The notes beneath the pieces were generated by a model. The model was given only the letters and a program-made list of their open reading frames with translations, had not been told where the DNA came from and made no database searches. A program made the position numbers and the translations under genes. A DNA stretch of 64,000 nt from Octopus sinensis (taxonomy: Eukaryota), in contig NC_043005.1 in NCBI RefSeq assembly GCF_006345805.1, forward strand, positions 14,198,001 through 14,262,000, in the 5' to 3' direction. Of the stretch, positions 12,212-24,453 are shown in pieces. Every line of letters starts with the position of its first letter. The stretch's first letter is position 1.

Positions 12212-13010
12212 TAGGCATAGGAGTGGCTGTGTGGTAAGTAGCTTGTTTACCAACCACATGGTTCCGGGTTCATTCCCACTGCATGGCACCTTGGGCAAGT
12301 ATCTTCTGCTATAGCCTCAGGCCGAATAAAGCCTTGTGAGTGGATTTGATAGACGGAAACTGAAAGAAGCCCATCGTATATATGTATATGTTTGTTTGTC
12401 AGTGCTTGTTCCCCCATCATTGCTTGACTACCGATGGTGGTGTGTTTACCTCCCCGTAACTTAGCGGTTCGGTAAAAAGACCGATAGAATAAGTACTAGG
12501 CTTACAAAGAATAAGTCTTGGGGTCGATTTGCTCGACTAAAGGCGGTGCCCCAGCATGGCCACAGTCAAATGACTGAAACAAGTAAAAGAGTAAGAGTAT
12601 ATATATATATATTATATATATATATAGGCATAGGAGTGGCTGTGTGGTAAGTAGCTTGTTTACCAACCACATGGTTCCGGTTCATTCCCACTGCATGGCA
12701 CCTTGGGCAAGTATCTTCTGCTATAGCCTCAGGCCGAATAAAGCCTTGTGAGTGGATTTGATAGACGGAAACTGAAAGAAGCCCATCGTATATATGTATA
12801 TGTTTGTTTGTCAGTGCTTGTTCCCCCATCATTGCTTGACTACCGATGGTGGTGTGTTTACCTCCCCGTAACTTAGCGGTTCGGTAAAAAGACCGATAGA
12901 ATAAGTACTAGGCTTACAAAGAATAAGTCCTGGGGTCGATTTGCTCGACTAAAGGCGGTGCCCCAGCAAGGCCACAGTCAAATGACTGAAACAAGTAAAA
13001 GAGTAAGAGT
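12212..13010 (+). mobile_element. Two tandem, near-identical SINE family B copies (12212-12598 and 12625-13010)
   Basis: tRNA-like head (GGCTGTGTGGTAAG...GGTTCA(T/G)TCCC), GCACCTTGGGCAAG motif and AATGACTGAAACAAGTAAAAGAGT tail. Period 413 bp, about 3 differences between copies. Confidence 0.9.
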
Positions 13011-13646
13011 ATATATATATATATATACACACACAAACTCTGATAAGGCTTGAACACAAAATGTAGAGGGGAAACAATGCTGTAAAGTGTATATACCAGT
13101 GCCTCAATGTTCCACCTGTTTAATCACTGCTCTACATCAGCAATAATAATTAATACTAGTTTTCACATAGATCAAAACATATGCTTCCTTATACACACAT
13201 TTGCAAGTGTAGGCTTAAATATTTCAAAACAAAACAAAAAACAGTTTGTATGAAGCAATGCAAGTAATCAGAGGGAGGTAAAAAAAATCAATTAAACAAC
13301 ACCTGCAGTGGAATATTACTCAATGTAATGTTATTTAGTTCAGAAATCCAGCTATGAGATCATATCCTCTAGTTTGTAATAATAAAAAAGGACAAGAGAA
13401 ATGTATTGTATAGTCTAACATGTTAGTCATATCTAAAAGTGAAGATGAGGAAGTTGGTGGTATCTGTGTTTCCTGTGAGGGAGCCATTATGACCTTAAAA
13501 TCAAAGTTATAAACTAGCATACGTTAACACCAGTGCTTTGATAATTTATACATTTAGAATTATTTAAACTCTTCAAACTAGTATAAGTCAGTTCCATTCA
13601 ACTCCTATCTATCCATTTTAGGGCTCCTACAAGCCACACATGTATC

Positions 13647-13874
13647 TTAACCCTTTAGCATTTAAACCGGCCAAATCCAGTCGAAATATTTTACCTGTTT
13701 TACTTTCAAACTGGCCAGATTCAGCTTTTCACACTTAGCCTACAATATTATTCTAGAAATAAACAATTACATCCCTGAAATCTCAAAGCTGCAAAGTAAT
13801 GCAAGACTAATTCAAAACAATATGAATAAAAAATCATTACATTTGACAGAGAAATCTGAATATTAAAGGGTTAC
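13647..13874. mobile_element. piggyBac-like MITE, family 1
   Basis: TTAA-CCCTTTAGCATT ... AATATTAAAGGG-TTAC terminal inverted repeats. Confidence 0.75.
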
Positions 13875-13884
13875 GCAAAATCTT

Positions 13885-14113
13885 TTAACCCTTTCGTTAC
13901 TTTATTTATTTTCAGATGCTCTGTGTTTCTTTCAATTACGTTAAATATAACAAATAACTTAGTAAAACAACTTAGTTATCATTAAGCTAGTGTTAGGAAC
14001 ATAAATTGGGACTAAGGTTTGGTGAAAGCTTTTAATTCAAAACTTATAAAAACAAGACCTTTGTACTACAGAGCCAGAGCCGGTTTCAGCCGGGTTGGTA
14101 ATGAAAGGGTTAA
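13885..14113. mobile_element. piggyBac-like MITE, family 2
   Basis: TTAA-CCCTTTCGTTAC ... GTAATGAAAGGG-TTAA. A second copy lies in inverted orientation at 40531-40758. Confidence 0.8.
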
Positions 14114-16214
14114 ATAACTTTTGTTAGAAGTTTGTTTTCTTATCTTTTTTATTTATACCTCTTTTGTTTTTGTTTTCCCCCAAATGCTCCTCACATTAAA
14201 TACTAACAATATAATAAGGATTAATTCAATCAATTGCAACCTGAACTCCATTTTGACATACTCATCAAAAGAAGAAAATTAATGCCCATGACCTTTGCGG
14301 GATTTCTCTCCAACTGATGATATTGATGAGACAGATCATGATCAACCTGAATACTTAAAGAACAATGCCTGTTTGAATAAAGAAGGAACCAGAAATCTGG
14401 CCTGAATGCTTGCAACTAAGTAAATTCCACTACAAGTACTTAAGGACTGTGTGCTGATATCAAATTAAGTAGACTTACTACCCAATATGAAAGGTGGCCT
14501 TGAACCCATTCAAAAGGAAATATCAATTATTCAGGAGAAAATCAAATCTGAATTATTCATTTCTAAAGCAATTCTGAAAATAACATGAACAAATATAGGA
14601 ATGTAGATAATTTCAAAATATTTTTTTTTAAATGTAAATAATTCCAAATAAAATTTATATATCTATCTTTTTAGATAATAAAGTAGTAAAATCAGTAGAT
14701 CACGAGAATAAATAGTGTTTAATCCTGTTTTGAATCCTATCAAGATCAAGTCTACCTTTTGCCCATCTACAGTTGATAGCATATGCAGTAACAGTCATAT
14801 ACACCATAAGTCAATTCATTTGATTCAATCCCACCCTTGCCTTACACATGTTTGGACTTGCACCAATGTCACAAATCATTAGTAAAATCATTAGTGTTAT
14901 TATTATTATTTTTAATGTAGACTACTAACGGTTGAATTAGGTAATAAATACTGAAACAGCTATTTTAATCTTACCCTTATAATAACAACAATTTCACTGA
15001 GATAAAACCTCATCACATGACAGGATTTAAAATGATAGCTGTAAATTAATCCAATACAAGTACTTTGTATAAGAATGGCTTATAATGGTGCTTGTAACAA
15101 ACAGTAAACTGAAGACATAAAGTAATATAAACAATTCAAATACTATCATACATTTGGAGTTCACATGATACCTTGGGTTGATAAAATAAAAGTAACATAA
15201 TGCAGTTGATTTTGTGTCTTTGCATTTTTTGTATAAGAGTTTCTAAACATGAAAAAAATTCAAGCTGAAAAGGTGAAAAATTTTACTACATGATAAATTT
15301 GAGTGATCGGAAAAAGAAAACTTATAATTTCATATATTTTTCTTCAAAAAAATGTTTGGTTAAAATAATAACATTATAGCCATGAAGGGTGTGCTGATAT
15401 TAAATCAGAGGGTTAGACTTAACATACTTAACAGTATTACATTTCACTTGTGCCATTAAAACCATAGGGAAAGGCATTAGTGCCACAAAATCATGTTACT
15501 TTCTCTGTAAATCAATATCCAGAAGTGCCATAAGTCAACATAGGGCAGTAAATAAACCTGCAACATTTGTTCAATGAAATAAACCAATGAAGAAACCACT
15601 GTGCAGTTGCTTGACTCACAAGAAATAATAGCTAAATCTTCTTTGTATCACATCCTACCATCTAAAAACAAAAGATGGAGTAGTCACGACTGGAATACTT
15701 TCAACCATATATATATATATTATACAAAGTCTGGTTTGGTGTTCAGTAACAACTGAGTATACTCTTATTTGCAACTATTTCACTTAAATAGCCCTTCACA
15801 AAAGCATTAGCATTAAACATTTTTTGTCTCTTATAAAGGATTTGTTGATTTTTTTTTTTTTTAATCAATACTTAATATGTATCATTATTACTGGGATGAA
15901 ATAACAACAGTATGCTGAAATATTTAAATCCTAATTGTCTCCAGATGAGAGCGGGCAAGCTACAATGGACCAAGAAGCTTAGGATGAAGAGGATTGTAGT
16001 CAGATGATATCATATTCCACTCTGATGACAGGCACAGCCAACAAATAAGTATCACTTTATTTAAAATAAGGATAGGCAGCAATTCAAATAAGTACTTATA
16101 CATACAATATGTTCTCCAAACACAAATACTTTGTTGTTAAGCCTGATAACTCAACACACGTCTAAAGATGTACAAAAACATATGTACGGGAATGGTTTGG
16201 GAAACAAAAACTGC

Positions 16215-16427
16215 TTAACCCTTTAGCTTTCACATTATTCTGTCAAATGTAAGGCTTATTCTCATTGTTTAATCTGCTTTATCTTGTAGCTTTGAGATTT
16301 TGATGAGGCAACTTAATTTTTAGAAGGATATTGTAAGGCTGGAGTGGGAAGCTAGATCTGGACAGCTTGAACATAAAATGTGGAACATTTTGGTTGCATA
16401 TGGCCAGTTTAAATGCTAAAGGATTAA
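16215..16427. mobile_element. piggyBac-like MITE, family 1
   Basis: TTAA-CCCTTTAGC ... AATGCTAAAGGA-TTAA. Confidence 0.75.
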
Positions 16428-16913
16428 ATTTACGTTTTAATTTTCTGACAGCCCTATATATAGTATACTAGTTCAGCTCTTCGGGAAATTTAGACTATAT
16501 TTAGGGAGGTTTCAAAATAAGTTAATGAATTAAATATGTTTAACATATATATCAGGATGTTCCAGTGTCAGAGGTCAAAGGTTTTGAAAAGATAACATGC
16601 ATGAATCATATAAAGACTTACATAAAAGAATAGCTGCCAATGACATTTTTTCTGATGATTAAAGTGTGTGGAAAATATAATAGGATTTCTTTTTACATGG
16701 GACATAAAACCAGAAAGTTACAGGTAGGAGGTTAGTTGATTGAAATATCAAATACTTGACTGCTACTTTAGTTCATCAACTCTGGAAGGATGAAATACAA
16801 AGCTAACCTCAGCAAAATTTAAACTCTGAACATAAAGAACTGCAACAAATGCCCATAAAGTATTTTGCCTGACACCCTAACAATTCTGCTGATTCACCTT
16901 CCTAAGTATAATA

Positions 16914-17265
16914 AATAAGAGAACTCAGAGAGCGCAAACCTCTGCCAAGGTAACACCGTCCTCTCAACGATTAGCCAGAGATGGTTGTTAAAATGAGAAT
17001 AGTTGAAATGAACTCGACTGTTCTCACAAACGAGAATACTAAAAATGAACCCAACTGCTCTCAAAAATTAAGTAAAAGAACAAGAAAAATAATCCAGAAT
17101 CCTTGTCTAGTAATAGATCGATTCCAAAGTCTAATCAGTTTGTGCCAGTCATGAAACCAAATATCCCTGAAAGTTTCGTCCAAATCCATCCAGAGATATC
17201 TTGTCCACGGTCAAACAAACACAACTGAAAACAATACCTTCACCTTCGCTAAGGCAAAGGTAATA
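16914..17265 (+). mobile_element. Helentron-associated (HINE/DINE-1-like) non-autonomous element
   Basis: 5' AATAAGAGAACTCAGAGAGCGCAAACCTCTGCC. The 3' stem-loop ACCTTCACCTTCGCTAAGGCAAAGGT is partly complementary to the 5' ACCTCTGCC (asymmetric sub-terminal inverted repeat). Family call is from structure only. Confidence 0.55.
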
Positions 17266-18184
17266 ATTGTTACTAATTTAGGCACAAGGGTAGTAATTTT
17301 GAGAGACACCAGTACATGACTATTTTATTAACCCTGGCGGAATGAAAGACAAAAATAACCTCCGCAGGATTTTATTTCAGAATATAAAGAGATGATGATG
17401 ATGATAAAATAAATAAACAAATAAATAAAAAATCCTCATCATGGTAGTGTAATATGTAGCAAAGATCTTTTATGTCCTAAAATCAAATCTGAAGTCATAT
17501 CATTCCACTTTTTTTAGGAATTGATAGAAGAAAAAAAAACTAAGTATAACTGTTGACAAAATCCCCAATAACTTTGCCTCCAACATTAGGTTATTTTAAT
17601 GAATCATGAAACCAAAAGAGGGTCAAACTGACACAACATACTGGCCTATTTCTACTCAAAAGAATATATTCATTCTGCAAAAAAAAAAAAAAAATGAACT
17701 GTGAAATAGTAATGTCTATTATCAATAAAGATCCACTGAGTAACATACCTTGACTTGATATTTAACATTATAGATATAGTTTGAAAATTTGATCTTTTGC
17801 TATTGTTATAAAAAGGTATGTCTGACATTGATGTGCTGAAAAAAGAAATACCTAACATTTCAGGGATAGCTTTTTATTTTAGAATCCTCTCAAAATATAC
17901 TGACTTTTGCCAACGACATTAACTGCAATCCATATTGAATTCTAGTGATCATTTTAAGAAACATTAACAGATAAAAACAAAACACTATACAAACTTTGCT
18001 CCATTGTATTTTGTTTTGGATCTTAAAGAATCTAATTTATACAAAAAATATTTTTTCTTACTAAGAAATCCAAATTTCAAAAGTTTAAAATTTAAGAACA
18101 GTAGAGGCAATATAATTGCAGCTGTATCAAAACTAATGTAAACCCAAGTACAAACACACCTACTCATAATTTATAATTTGGGAA

Positions 18185-18460
18185 GATCATCATCATTTAG
18201 CATTCGCTTTCCATGCTAGCATGGGTTGGACGGTTCAACTGGGGTCTGGGAAGCCAGAAGGCTGCACCAGGCCCAGTCTGATCTGGCGGTGTTTCTACAG
18301 TTGGATGCCCTTCCTAACGCCAACCACTCCGTGAGTGTAGTGGGTGCTTTTTACGTGCCACCGGCACAGGTGCCAGACAAGGCTGGCAAGCAGCCACGAT
18401 CGGATGGTACCTTTTACGTGCCACCGGCACGGGGGCCATGCGAGGCTGGCAACGGCCATG
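18185..18460 (-). mobile_element. SINE family C
   Basis: Plus strand reads CATCATCATTTAGCATTCGCTTTCCATGCTAGCATGGGTTGGACGG..., the reverse complement of the family C tail, with 2 internal units. Confidence 0.85.
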
Positions 18461-19214
18461 AACAAAATATAAAAAACAGACAAGAGAAAAAAAATCAATA
18501 TTCGTGAATGTATTTAATACAAAGAGGAAGTTTTCAGACTTACAAATAAGACAGAGTTTACTGTGACAGTTCATGAAAGTGTTTTGTGTACCTGTGACAA
18601 AGTGATACTGAATACCATCTGTGCTACAGACATAATTTGTTTGTCCATTAAATGCACAATACAAAAGACATCACTTTCAACTGTAAGTTTTGCCTTTAGA
18701 CATAGAGAACTATGTAACCATAAAATAGCTAGTAAAAATTAAAAAATAAAAACAACCTTTCATCAGTTTTTCAAAAGAATTATCAAATGATGGTTTTAAA
18801 TATTTAGTATATTCCATCAATTTGTCAGCCAAGCTCAAGAGTAAATGCTTACTTCCTTCATGGATACATTGCCATTAGATGAGTATGTTAAATATGTCCA
18901 GATAATGCTGTGTGCAAATATAAATCTAGTACAAACCAAATAGTTAGGAAGCTGATCTATCACAGGCAACAATTCCTGGTGATGCAGCAACTGAACAACG
19001 CAAACCAGTGTAAAACTAATTTTACATTGTTACCACTGTATAAGGCAACACTCGGGTTTTAAAAAAAAGTAAGGACACATTGCATAATGAGGTCCTAAAT
19101 ATACTTTAGGTAAAATAAAAATGGGACAATAATTACAGGAACACATTTGATCACAGACTGGTTGATCAGGAGCTGACTTGGAGTAGAACAGTAACAACCA
19201 CTTGCAACATCTAC

Positions 19215-19442
19215 TTAACCCTTTGGTGTTTAAACCGGCCATATCCGGCCCAAATATTCTAAATGTTTTATATTCACACTGGAAATATCTAGCCTCTCAC
19301 ACCTAACCTACAATGTCATGCTAAAAATAAACAATCACATCACTGAAACCGCAAAGCTATAAGATAATGCATGATTAATTCAAAACAATTTGAGTGAAAA
19401 AGTATTATATTTAACAGAGTAATCTGAACACTAATGGGTTAA
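19215..19442. mobile_element. piggyBac-like MITE, family 1
   Basis: TTAA-CCCTTTGGTGTT ... AACACTAATGGG-TTAA. Confidence 0.75.
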
Positions 19443-20111
19443 AGACAGTTTTCATTGGCCCAGACATCATCATCACAGGATACAAACCACCAATCCTCCA
19501 TTGGTTTTCCTAAATTCTATCAGCTCAGACATTCACTCCCTTGACAAAGAGGAAGTCTCAAATTTATTAATGAAGAGAAATTAAATCCTGTGAGGCATGA
19601 TTTCCTCATTATAGTAAAATAATACTGAATATGGGGTAAATTTGATACATTTAACACAAATTGTATCACCTAGGTTTCAGAACTTATCTATTATTGTATA
19701 GTCTATAGTCTTTGATGCCGAACATTTCTCTTCTACTGTATCCCACTAACTAGTAATGTGTATCTTGTACATCTAAAGCCATTGTTCACTTTTGTATGCC
19801 AAAAATCCCACGGTAGATGTGTAAATAAATTCTTTAAGGATAACAGCAGAGCAAATCGTGCAGACCTAAATGAGAAGAAAACAGTGCATACAAAGTTGTT
19901 CACCATCATGCTAAATTGAGAAAGCCTGGATAAATTATAATAAAACAAAGTTACATGTTATTCAATATCAGTCTCCACTTAACTAAGGAACAATCCTATG
20001 TGTACAATCCGTTAATGATTCAACTTCCACTCTTAATATTGCACCATCTAGAAATGTTCTCAATTCTTTCCTGCTATACAGCTGCCACCTGGAGCAAGTG
20101 AGTCACATTTC

Positions 20112-20150
<39 letters not shown>

Positions 20151-21415
20151 TGCACTACCGCCACAAATTTATGATATACATGACAGTTTGACATGAAACT
20201 TGAAGTAGATATAACTACTACGTATACTTTTAACATGGATGAGGTCTCAAAATCCTAACATAGAAGCTGAAATAGTTTTCAAATACAACTCCTTAGCTAA
20301 CTGTGTGTACAGACTCAGGTTTCGGTATGATTAAGCCTCTAGCCCTCTTCAAATAGAAACCTAAGTTACAGTCACAAAAGAGGGGGGTAGGAGGCGGGGA
20401 AAAGAGGAAGAGAGAATATTACAAAAAGGAAGAGAGAGAGAGAGAAAAAAAAATAATAAGTACTATCTGAACAATAGCTGCATGGGTATTTTTAATATGA
20501 CAGAAAACCAAACCATAAATCCTAGCCATTATCAGATTGCACTGACAGACAAGTTACATCGTAAAAAAATCACTATGATGGAAGTTAAGCCTTGTTTTAA
20601 GTAACAGGTTCTATATCATGGACTCTTCCCCCTACCCAGCAAATGAAGACACAAACTGAGATACCAAATGCATCATAAGGGCTAAAGGAATTTATTTTTC
20701 CTTTATTTCCACTCGCATACATTGTAAATCATGTCAAATAAGACAACCAAGAGACAAAATACTGATGTCTTTCAATTAGATACAAAAACAAATATATTGC
20801 CAGCACTTGTTTTATCAACCGCAAAGTGTAGCAAGCACCTCAACACATAAAAGGTACCAGCCCATCAATCCTGCTGAATTGAACACAGCATTTGCAAACT
20901 AATATACCACTTAATTTTAGTTCTACAGCTATTGCTTTGAGCAGTCATGTTTCAACACTGTTGAATATATTTTCAGCTTATGTGGACTGAACCATTTAGG
21001 AATTATATTTGTTAGCGCCTAAGATGCCAATTTACTTAACACATCACTATTTTACTAGAATATTTTGTGAGAAGAAAACAACAGTTCGTACAGCACATTA
21101 ACTGGTTTAATCAGAGTTGGTTTTTGATGATTTCAGAAAAGAAATAACGTCTTATACCCCAGCGAATATAGTACCTTGGTCATAGACACAATGTATCACC
21201 TATGATGGGTGTGTAACGAAAGCCAGAGATAACCAGAAACTGAAATCTGAAGGCAGACAAATAAAAAAGTCATTAGTATCATATTACTATTTCGGAAACA
21301 CAGTACTAGAAGATATAAAATGCCAAAATGTAATGAAATTGATTTATTATTATATACAAGAGTTAAATTCCAATTATATATAGCATGGAAAGCGGACGCT
21401 AAACGATGATGATGA

Positions 21416-21439
<24 letters not shown>

Positions 21440-21446
<7 letters not shown>

Positions 21447-21705
21447 CGCACACTCTTTTTTGTTTCAGTCATTTGACTGGAGCCATCCTGCAGTACCACC
21501 TTTAGTTGAACAAATTGACCCCAGGACTCATTTTTTGTAAGCCTAATACTTATTCGACAGGCTTCTTTCAATTTCCATCTACCAAATCCACTCACACGAC
21601 TTTGGTCAGCCCAAGGCTTTAATAGCACTTGCCCAAGGTGCCATGCAGTGGGATTGAACCTGGAACCATGTGGTTGGTAAGCAAGCTACGTACCACACAG
21701 CCACA
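21440..21705 (-). mobile_element. SINE family B, internally shortened
   Basis: Reverse complement of the family B head (CTTGCCCAAGGTGCCATGCAGTGGG...CCACACAGCC) and tail (TTTCAGTCATTTGACTG). Confidence 0.8.
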
Positions 21706-22205
21706 AAATACACACATTTATTTATACACACAGATGTACCTCTATTATATGCATACATATATATGCACACTTATATACAGATTGTGTGTGTGTGAGTGTG
21801 TTTAGTAGTGTAGTTAAAAAGTTTGTCACCCAACTAAATGGTTTCTGGTTCATTTCTACTGCATGGCCCTGTAAGTTAAGCGTCCTCTACTACAGCCCTG
21901 AGTCAACCAAAGCATAATGCTTGAACTTGGTTAACAGGAACTGAAAGAAGCCCTCTGTATGTGTGTGCGTGTGCACGCGTGCATGTATTTGAAATTTGCA
22001 AGCAGCAAGTGATGTTGTTACTGTTGCTTTTGTCAACAAATGTTCAAATCATTTCTTGCCTTTGAAGACTAAAGAAATCTGTTGTTTATACAACTGGTAA
22101 TGGTAAGCCACAGGAAGGGCATCTAATTATAAATGCCTCAATGGTGTATTCATCAAATTTCTGCCACCATGGAAAAATGGAGAAAAAACCACAAGCGTGT
22201 GTGTG

Positions 22206-22240
<35 letters not shown>

Positions 22241-22243
<3 letters not shown>

Positions 22244-22344
22244 ATAAACAGATCATACATTGTCTTTGACCAGAGTTCATCATATATATATATATATATA
22301 TATGATGGACTCTGGTCAAAGACAATGTATGATTTGTTTATAGT
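22241..22344. repeat. Near-perfect 104-bp palindrome centred on (TA)n
   Basis: ACTATAAACAGATCATACATTGTCTTTGACCAGAGTTCATCA-(TA)n-TGATGGACTCTGGTCAAAGACAATGTATGATTTGTTTATAGT, with 2 transition mismatches. Confidence 0.95.
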
Positions 22345-24453
22345 GAGCAAATGTTCATACCACATATTCACTCTTATTTTATTATCTCTATCAACTTAAC
22401 CATCGGATGCAGATATAATAGTCAGTTTAGTGTTTACTAATTTGCATTCGTTCTCACCCACTAGTAATGGCAGGCTCAGCAAAAAAGAAGTGTTGACAGT
22501 ATATCGATGAGTGCTTACAATATGGTTTAATCAAGAACTCTACAGGCCCAAAGCAGCCCCCTTTTGTATCATGTGTCATCAATCTTTGTCCAGTGAAACC
22601 ATGGAGCCCTATTGACTCTTTGAACGAGAAGAAAACATCCCGAAAAAGACAGTAAGCCTATAAAATATTTTGAGGGATTCAAAACTGATTTTGAAAATCG
22701 TAGTACTGTTAAATCATCATTTAAGAAACAGACAAAAATTAATGACGGTAGACAGCTTCCTACAAAAATTGCAGAAATTATTGCAAAAACAGGTAGTGCA
22801 CATACAGTAGCTGAAAAGATTATTGTGCCTGCAGTAGAAGCAGTAATATCAGAAGTTATGAACCAAGATCTTTCATCTATCATTAAAGCTCTACCTTTGA
22901 GTAATGATTCTATCTGTAGGAGAAATGATGAAATGTCAGATCATATCGAAGACATACTAATTCAAAGATTGAAAAGAACAAATTTTTCTATTCAAATTAA
23001 CGAAAGCACAGTTATTGACAACAAGGCCCTTTTAATGGGATATGTATGATATCTTGATAGAAACTGTGCATTACAAGAAGATTTATTATTTGTAAAACCG
23101 TTGGAGATTGACACAACAGGAACTTCTATATTTTCTGCAGTGAAAACGTTTTTTGAAGAAAAAAAAATTCCATATTATAAAAATTTAGTTTCATGTGCTA
23201 CTGATGGTGCAAAGTCTATGGTTGGAGAAACAAAGGAGTTATCTCACATTTAAAAAAGTTGTGCCCCCAAATTCTAGTTATACACTGTGTGCTACACAGG
23301 TATATAACCTCATGGCCAAAAATATAAGCCCTATTCTAAATCAGTCATCGAACAGTTGTAAAAACAATAAACAAAATTAAATCTAACAGTAAATGTGACT
23401 GTCTTTTCTGAAAATTTTGTGTCGATTCTGACAAACAATATATAAGACTTCTTTTGCTTACCAATGTCTGTTGGCTACCCAAAGGCAACTGCTTGGAAAG
23501 ATTTGTAAACTTATTTAATACAATAGTTATATTCTTATGAACAGAAGGATACTCAGACTCAGCTGCCAAAATTCAAGCTCAAAAGAAGAGCATACACTAT
23601 CTTAGTTGGATTTTTCATAAGCTGAACGAGGTCTCTCTTTTGCTGCAGGGAAAAATTATAACGCTGATAGACTGTAAATGGATGGTGAGAGCTTCTGTTG
23701 AAAGACTCAATCTTTTTCAAGTCAATTTAAAACTAAGACTGTTTCATAATATGCCTGAACAAGCAGAAATCGACCTATGTGAAAATGACATTGATAATTA
23801 TTGCAACCGTCTGTCTGCCTTGGAAAATGATTTAGAAACCAGATTTGCTGATTTATTTAACTTCACTATTCAACCATGGATGATTGACCCGTTCGATTGT
23901 GATCCTCACTATGGACACAAAAATATCTAAGAGGAAGTCTTCAAGATGAAATGTAATGATGAATTTCAAATTAAATTCAAAAAAGAAAGATTGTCTGAAT
24001 GCTGGCAATCAGACACTGTAAAATCCCTAAATCCAAATTTGTGGTCACAAATGTTGAAAATCCTTTTGGGTTTCCTGACATCATATCTTGTCGAAACTGG
24101 ATTTTGTACAGTCAATCACATTTTGCGGAAGGAAAGAAACATATTTGACATTATTTCACATGGAGATATTCATATCTGAGCAGCATTAAACCTGACATTG
24201 AATCTTTTGCAGAAAAACACCAATGTCAGGGCTCACACTAGTTAGTTCTTTCTACATTTAAATTTAGAATAAAGTTTTATTTTAATTAATTTTTCTTTTG
24301 CATTTACATGTACAAATTTTTTTTTAGTGTTGATAAGTTGTATTTACATTATATTTAATATTTGCTATCATTTTTTGGTGGGTGTTTATCAATTAGCTTA
24401 CGTCAAAAATAGATTTTAGGAGGCAATGGCCAGGGAAAGATTGAAAACCACTG
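22345..24453 (+). pseudogene. Near full-length decayed hAT (Buster/ZBED5/SCAND3-type) transposon; pseudo-transposase ~22467-24241
   Basis: MAGSAKKKC*QY, LPLSNDSICRR, FSIQINEST, CATDGAKSMVG, FLTSYLVETGF and HQCQGSH* are characteristic motifs. Many stops and frameshifts. 3' TIR TTGAAAACCACTG. Confidence 0.9.

Noticed and set aside
19733-19948. Other isolated minus-strand exon-like segments with good acceptors (19.7-19.85 kb, ~14975-15039, ~4900-5017)
   Set aside because: No homology to PIP4K2 or any family I recognise, and AG/GT pairs with open frames of this length are common by chance in AT-rich DNA.
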